A DNA stretch of 39,466 nt from Nanobdellota archaeon. Lineage in GTDB: Archaea > Nanobdellota > Nanobdellia > Woesearchaeales > GW2011-AR9. The stretch is taken from assembly GCA_018824365.1 (NCBI GenBank), contig JAHJGQ010000100.1, positions 1 through 39,466 of the forward strand, in the 5' to 3' direction. Below, piece after piece: positions 35,576-39,466 of the stretch. The notes under the pieces are model-generated. The model saw only the letters and a list, made by a program, of their open reading frames with translations, made no database searches and was not told the DNA's origin. Numbering within the stretch: the first letter of the stretch is position 1; every line of letters begins with the position of its first letter. The translations under genes were made by a program, and so were the position numbers.

Positions 35576-36205
35576 TCATCTTGATAAACTTTTCTTAACA
35601 ACTTTTTTTACAGCAGTATAAACTATTTCTGGTGCTAGTGCTCCATCTACTTTTTTTAAGATGCTTTTTTTAGTGTAGTAGTCGATTAAAGGCTGAGTCT
35701 CTTGGTGATATATCCTGAACCTTTCTTTGATAACTTCCGGCTTATCATCTTTACGTTGCACTAATGGAGAACCATCCTGATCACAGATACCTTCTTTTTT
35801 AGGCGGCAGATATTTGATATGATATCCGTGAGTTCCCTCTTTACAGACTCTTCTTCCAGCAAATCTTTCAATCACTATCTTTTCAGGAACTTCCAAATAG
35901 ATGACGAGAGTTATTCCTAGATCTTCTATCTCTTTTGCTTGTTCTATTGATCTGGGAAAACCATCAAGAATATAATTGTCTTTATTTTTAACTTCTAATT
36001 TTACCATCTCAACAACAAATTTGTTAGGAACTAGTTCACCCCTGTCTATGTACTCTTTTATGTCTTTTCCAATAGTGGTTTTTTTCTGGACTTCTTCTCG
36101 TAATAGTTCTCCTGCAGAAATATGTAATAAATTGAGATCCTTCTCTAACTTCTCTGAAACTGTTCCCTTTCCGCTTCCAGGCGGTCCTAATAAGATAAGC
36201 TTCAT
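35576..36205 (-). CDS. adk: Adenylate kinase (bacterial/eukaryotic long type)
   Basis: GPPGSGKGT, ILDGFPRSIEQA, and a LID with Cys/His/Cys/Asp ligand-like residues. Confidence 0.9.
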   Translation of the reverse strand: MKLILLGPPGSGKGTVSEKLEKDLNLLHISAGELLREEVQKKTTIGKDIKEYIDRGELVPNKFVVEMVKLEVKNKDNYILDGFPRSIEQAKEIEDLGITLVIYLEVPEKIVIERFAGRRVCKEGTHGYHIKYLPPKKEGICDQDGSPLVQRKDDKPEVIKERFRIYHQETQPLIDYYTKKSILKKVDGALAPEIVYTAVKKVVKKSLSR

Positions 36206-36268
36206 ATTATCACCTATTTATTATGGATTGATCAATTGTTTAAAATACTTTGTGGTTTTTCTTAGCTA

Positions 36269-36413
36269 GGCTTTGTAGAAACCCCTGCCAAATAGCGAGT
36301 GAGCACAAGACTATTCGTGAGACAAGCCATGCCCTCTTCTTCGGAAATCACTTCAACTTTGGAGCAATTAGCTAATCAAAAGAGGGTGCGAACGGAAGGG
36401 TTTCTACAGAGCC
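36269..36413 (+). ncRNA. Unassigned structured RNA candidate (16-bp closing stem)
   Basis: GGCTTTGTAGAAACCC (36269-36284) pairs with GGGTTTCTACAGAGCC (36398-36413). The single G.T pair is valid only on the + strand. An inner 7-bp stem CCCTCTT/AAGAGGG is also present. Confidence 0.4.
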
Positions 36414-36528
36414 TCTTAACTATTGAAGTTTTGCGGATTTTCAAGTTTTAAGTATAAAATACTTTGTCTGGTATTCGAAATTTAAGCTTATTTTCCAAAA
36501 AACGCAAAACATCAGTTAACTAGAAAAG

Positions 36529-36537
36529 TTTTTAAAA
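36529..36537 (+). promoter_or_regulatory. Candidate TATA box for tRNA-Thr
   Basis: TTTTTAAAA lies 25-33 nt upstream of tRNA position 1, with a purine-rich stretch just upstream. Confidence 0.35.
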
Positions 36538-36580
36538 CAAGCCGATTTTTTGTGAATCAGTGCCCCTGTGGCCTAGTGGT

Positions 36581-36599
36581 AAGGTCTACACCTCACTAA
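36581..36599 (+). other. tRNA-Thr intron 1 (19 nt, D-loop, position 20/21)
   Basis: AAGGTCTACACCTCACTAA. Central helix AGTG:CACT, bulges GTA and AAA, helix AGGT/ACCT with loop CTAC, flanked by the D stem. Confidence 0.75.
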
Positions 36600-36607
36600 A
36601 TGGCGTT

Positions 36608-36626
36608 AAGACAAAAGTCTCGCTAA
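36608..36626 (+). other. tRNA-Thr intron 2 (19 nt, anticodon stem, position 28/29)
   Basis: AAGACAAAAGTCTCGCTAA. Central helix GGCG:CGCT, bulges TTA and AAA, helix AGAC/GTCT with loop AAAA. Splicing rebuilds TTACC. Confidence 0.75.
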
Positions 36627-36657
36627 ACCTTGGTAAGGTAAAGGTCCCGAGTTCAAA

Positions 36658-36703
36658 TGCAGTCACTAGCGTTCGGTATTTTCCTTCGCTATGGCTCGGA
36701 AAG
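36658..36703 (+). other. tRNA-Thr intron 3 (46 nt, T-loop, position 59/60)
   Basis: The T stem CCGAG/CTCGG flanks a 3-4-bp central helix (TTC:GAA) and bulges AAT and AGT. The junction is ambiguous by 1 nt. Confidence 0.6.
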
Positions 36704-36717
36704 TCTCGGCAGGGGCT

Positions 36718-36723
36718 TTTTTT
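36718..36723 (+). terminator. Oligo-T tract after tRNA-Thr
   Basis: A run of T directly follows the discriminator base. Confidence 0.4.
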
Positions 36724-36777
36724 AATGTTTTTAATAATACAAATATTAATTAATACGCTCTTTTTTGTTTATGATTA

Positions 36778-37731
36778 ATGTTAAACAAAATATCTGATGA
36801 ACTGAAAGAAAAAATAAAGAATTTCACTTCAGAAGATAAGATAATATTTAATAATAAAGTTCTTGATATTAACCATAACTATTTCATTCCTATAACTTCT
36901 GTCATTAAGCAAGAAAATGAAATAAAAAATAAAACAATTACTTTTATCGACGGCGGTCAGGCTGAAATAATCTCTGCAGGGAATTTCTGTCTTAGCTTTA
37001 TCAGAATTGTAGGATTAATTATAAGAAATAATAAAAAAATAAATAATATCAAAAAAGAGTTTTATCTTTTAACTACAGCAAATTATTCTGATAATGAATT
37101 ATTCTACCAATCTAAAATATTCGGAGACAAATTAGTTGATGAGGATGATTTATACATCTCTTCTACTGATAATACGATCAGAACGGGAATGGAAAGAGCA
37201 TCGATAAGTAAAGTTAGCAATGTAGCGAGGAGATTTGCAGAATTGAGTATGGCAAGCTGTGTTAATTCTGATTATGTTGTTCTTGATGGAACTTTAGAAT
37301 CCACTTATAAGAATGAAGATAAATATCTTTCAAGGTTAAATTGTAATGTATGTGCATTGGCAAAATCATCATCTTTGTTTACAACTTCAGGAAATTCTCC
37401 AATCGTTTTGCTGAATAAATTAGGGCCGGAAGGCTGCTGGCATTATTTTTTAGAGCATAAATCTTATTTTGTTAAATTACATGAAAAAGCAAAACATGTT
37501 TTTAGGTTTGAAGGAAACAAAGATGTTTTGGCTGAGCTGTTAGATAACTGTAATGATGCATTGTTTTTAGGTTATCCTTATAGTCTGATTTTGGCAGATA
37601 GATTAGCAAGGGTTGGCAACCAAGAAAAGAAATCATTGCAGATGAGATTTTTGTTAAGTAATGAGAATAGAGAAATAGCTGAATATCTTAATACTGGTAA
37701 TGCCCATGAAATTTTGGATAATTTAGGCTGA
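36778..37731 (+). CDS. nurA: NurA-like 5'-3' nuclease
   Basis: ITFIDGGQAEI, YVVLDGTLES, ALAKSSS and GYPYSLILADRLARV match the remembered NurA motif order. Confidence 0.55.
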   Translation: MLNKISDELKEKIKNFTSEDKIIFNNKVLDINHNYFIPITSVIKQENEIKNKTITFIDGGQAEIISAGNFCLSFIRIVGLIIRNNKKINNIKKEFYLLTTANYSDNELFYQSKIFGDKLVDEDDLYISSTDNTIRTGMERASISKVSNVARRFAELSMASCVNSDYVVLDGTLESTYKNEDKYLSRLNCNVCALAKSSSLFTTSGNSPIVLLNKLGPEGCWHYFLEHKSYFVKLHEKAKHVFRFEGNKDVLAELLDNCNDALFLGYPYSLILADRLARVGNQEKKSLQMRFLLSNENREIAEYLNTGNAHEILDNLG

Positions 37732-37834
37732 TTGGAGATAATTAAGATAATTAAAATTATTGAAATAATTGAAATAATCATCGGTTGATTTAACCAAAAG
37801 GTTAAAAAACATTAATATTTATTATCTTTATTAA

Positions 37835-39466
37835 ATGCTTGATTACGGAATTATTGGGAATTGTGTGACTTGTGCACTTATTAAAAAAAATGCTTCTATC
37901 GATTGGATGTGTTTTCCGACTTTTAGCAGTCTAAGCATCTTTGCAAAATTGTTGGATGAGAATAAAGGCGGTTCTTTAGAGATCAAGCCCATTGGAAATT
38001 ACGAAATAATTCAGCGCTATCTTCCAAATACAGCCATATTGGAAACTACTTTTTCTTCTGCAAAGAATGTGTTTGTTGTTTATGATTTTTTTCCAAGATA
38101 TAAAAAATTAACAAAGAAAAAATATGAAAAGTTGATTAAGCTGAATAATCTGATTAGAATCATCAAGCCATTGAAAGGAAAACCGAAAATAAGAATCAAG
38201 TATTGTCCAAAACCAAATTATGCTCTTGAAGAATCTAATCTTGTCGAAAAAAATGAAACTATTGTCTGTTCCTTTCTAGGGCAGAAAATAGTCTTTAATT
38301 CAAATATTTCTTATGATGACATCATCCATTCTAAAGAGATACTATTAGATAAAGCAAAATATTTAGCTTTAGGTGAAGAGAATGATTTTAGTTTAAGGAG
38401 ATGCTATAAATTACTTCAGGCAACAAAAAAGTATTGGCAGGAATGGTGCAAAACATTAGTTGTTCCTAAGAAGAATAAAGAAGTTATTGTCCGTTCTGCA
38501 ATAACATTGAAACTTCTTACTTATAGCAGGACTGGTGCTGTTATTGCAGCTGCTACAACTTCTGTACCTGAAGAGATCGGCACTGACAGAACATTTGATT
38601 ACCGTTATTGCTGGGTAAGAGATGCTGCTCTTTGTGTCGATGCGCTTAAGAAAATAGGCAGAAATTATGAACCGAAAAAACTCATGGAATTTATCATTAC
38701 CCTTGCTTTAAAGAATGATTACCTTCAAATAATGTATGGGATCGAGGGTGAAATCAGTCTGGATGAAAGATCATTAAACCATCTGGATGGATTTAAAGGT
38801 TCTAAACCCATACGTATCGGCAATGCTGCATTTAATCAGGCGCAGCATGATATCTATGGTGAGATATTAGATATCATTTATCTTTATTTTGTATATTATG
38901 AGTATGAGAAAAAACTTACAAAAAAGTATTGGCGTTTTATCTGTTATGTTGTTAATCAGATTAAATCTAATTGGGAAAAGCCTGATTCAGGAATTTGGGA
39001 ATTTCGAGGACAGTATAAACATTATGTTTATTCCAAATTAATGTGTTATGTTGGAGTTGATCGGGCCATACTTATCGCTAAGCATTATAATAAAGATGAA
39101 AAAATCATTCAAGAATGGATGGAACTAAAAGAAAATATTAAAAAAGAAATTTTAGAAAAAGGTTATAATGATAATGTTAAGTCTTTTACGATGTATTATG
39201 GAAGTGAGAATCTTGATGCATCGCTATTGCAGATGACATATCATGAATTTCTTAAGAATGATGATTTGCAATTGATTGACACAGTCAAAAATATCTATAA
39301 ACACCTTTGTGATGGTTATTTAGTGCAGCGTTATAAGATCAAAGATGATTTTGGTAAATCTAAAAGTGCTTTTACAATCTGTTCGTTTTGGCTGATCGAT
39401 GCTCTTTATTATATCGGTGAAGAGAAGAAAGCAAGAAATCTGTATCAAAGACTGATAAAAAAAGCA
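37835..39466 (+). CDS. Glycoside hydrolase family 15 (glucoamylase/trehalase-like), 3'-truncated by the window edge
   Basis: The frame is open from ATG 37835 to the end of the window (544 codons). Motifs YGIIGNCVTCALI..IDWMCFPTFSS, YRYCWVRDAA, GNAAFNQAQHDIYGE and GIWEFRG. Absent from the ORF track because no stop codon is reached. Confidence 0.85.
   Translation, partial: MLDYGIIGNCVTCALIKKNASIDWMCFPTFSSLSIFAKLLDENKGGSLEIKPIGNYEIIQRYLPNTAILETTFSSAKNVFVVYDFFPRYKKLTKKKYEKLIKLNNLIRIIKPLKGKPKIRIKYCPKPNYALEESNLVEKNETIVCSFLGQKIVFNSNISYDDIIHSKEILLDKAKYLALGEENDFSLRRCYKLLQATKKYWQEWCKTLVVPKKNKEVIVRSAITLKLLTYSRTGAVIAAATTSVPEEIGTDRTFDYRYCWVRDAALCVDALKKIGRNYEPKKLMEFIITLALKNDYLQIMYGIEGEISLDERSLNHLDGFKGSKPIRIGNAAFNQAQHDIYGEILDIIYLYFVYYEYEKKLTKKYWRFICYVVNQIKSNWEKPDSGIWEFRGQYKHYVYSKLMCYVGVDRAILIAKHYNKDEKIIQEWMELKENIKKEILEKGYNDNVKSFTMYYGSENLDASLLQMTYHEFLKNDDLQLIDTVKNIYKHLCDGYLVQRYKIKDDFGKSKSAFTICSFWLIDALYYIGEEKKARNLYQRLIKKA

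Larger units (their letters stand above)
36562..36717 (+). tRNA. tRNA-Thr(GGU) with three introns
   Basis: Exons of 19+8+31+14 nt join to GCCCCTGTGGCCTAGTGGTATGGCGTTACCTTGGTAAGGTAAAGGTCCCGAGTTCAAATCTCGGCAGGGGCT. This gives a full cloverleaf with anticodon loop UUGGUAA, variable loop AGGUC and discriminator U. No CCA is encoded. Confidence 0.85.

Noticed and set aside
36269-36413. The structured element tested as 5S rRNA, or as a tRNA with acceptor GGCTTTG/CAGAGCC.
   Set aside because: The 16-bp helix is continuous, with no 8-9 linker or D-arm. The 5S loop-C and loop-E consensus segments are absent or misplaced. It is kept only as an unassigned candidate.
36587-36646. An alternative reading of the tRNA at 36562 as a class II tRNA-Leu(UAA), based on the TTAAG pentamer and an apparent long variable arm ACCTT...AAGGT.
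   Set aside because: That reading requires an 8-nt intron with no BHB and leaves the D-arm to anticodon junction unpaired. The Thr(GGU) model uses every residue, restores all conserved tertiary positions and is supported by two exact BHB motifs.
36560-36778. Track ORF (72 aa, +) covering the tRNA-Thr locus.
   Set aside because: It overlaps the tRNA gene and its oligo-T tract, and its composition is that of a structured RNA read through.
37735-37785. Short tandem repeats (GATAATTAA x2, ATTGAAATA x2) after the NurA-like gene, checked as a possible CRISPR or satellite.
   Set aside because: There are only two copies each of 9-nt AT-rich words, with no spacer structure. This is ordinary low-complexity intergenic sequence. 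No CRISPR-like array exists anywhere in the window.
1-39466. Shadow or antisense ORFs from the six-frame track. They include 2361-2567, 3722-4009, 5358-5573, 6413-6688, 6743-7081, 7246-7506, 7684-8046, 8395-8583, 8406-8681, 9240-9539, 12081-12347, 12139-12354, 12638-12928, 14123-14365, 14424-14669, 14693-14881, 15790-16038, 18435-18662, 18931-19353, 20653-20901, 23038-23277, 24113-24325, 24999-25181, 25292-25495, 26513-26701, 27663-27905, 28129-28344, 28976-29302, 30532-30804, 31054-31245, 33869-34126, 34462-34671, 34664-34849, 35071-35298, 35976-36269 and 37578-37781.
   Set aside because: Each lies inside or opposite a longer ORF with clear family motifs, or in a spacer. Each also has low-complexity Phe/Ser/Leu/Ile-rich composition, typical of reverse-frame translation of AT-rich genes.

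Overview
This is an AT-rich archaeal chromosome segment. The gene content fits a small-genome, DPANN-like archaeon: a class-I archaeal CCA-adding enzyme, an ftsZ-secE-spt5 block, a long archaeal FKBP, TruD and NurA. These sit next to bacterial-type adk and an asnC-asnA-asnS cluster. About 50 credible protein genes are tightly packed on both strands.

Two GC-richer intergenic islands are tRNA genes that become recognisable only after three introns are removed from each. They are tRNA-Arg(CCU) at 11558-11745 (-) and tRNA-Thr(GGU) at 36562-36717 (+). Four of the six introns are 17-19-nt mini-introns built on one bulge-helix-bulge plan.

The centre of the window (about 18.1-34.2 kb) looks accessory. 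It contains:
- a translationally coupled AAA+ ATPase and mini PD-(D/E)xK nuclease pair
- a HEPN/MNT cassette bracketed by direct repeats that duplicate the nuclease gene's 3' end
- a caspase-fold peptidase operon with two small proteins
- a DUF2779 nuclease and an Nmad3-like protein
- a lipoprotein serine protease
- a metallophosphoesterase operon of overlapping genes
- a coupled pair of large methyltransferase-fold proteins next to a tandem-Lrp regulator

Several further GC-rich intergenic elements with long closing stems remain unassigned. I saw no rRNA, CRISPR array, transposase or integrase gene. All calls come from reading the sequence and remembered family motifs; no searches were run.
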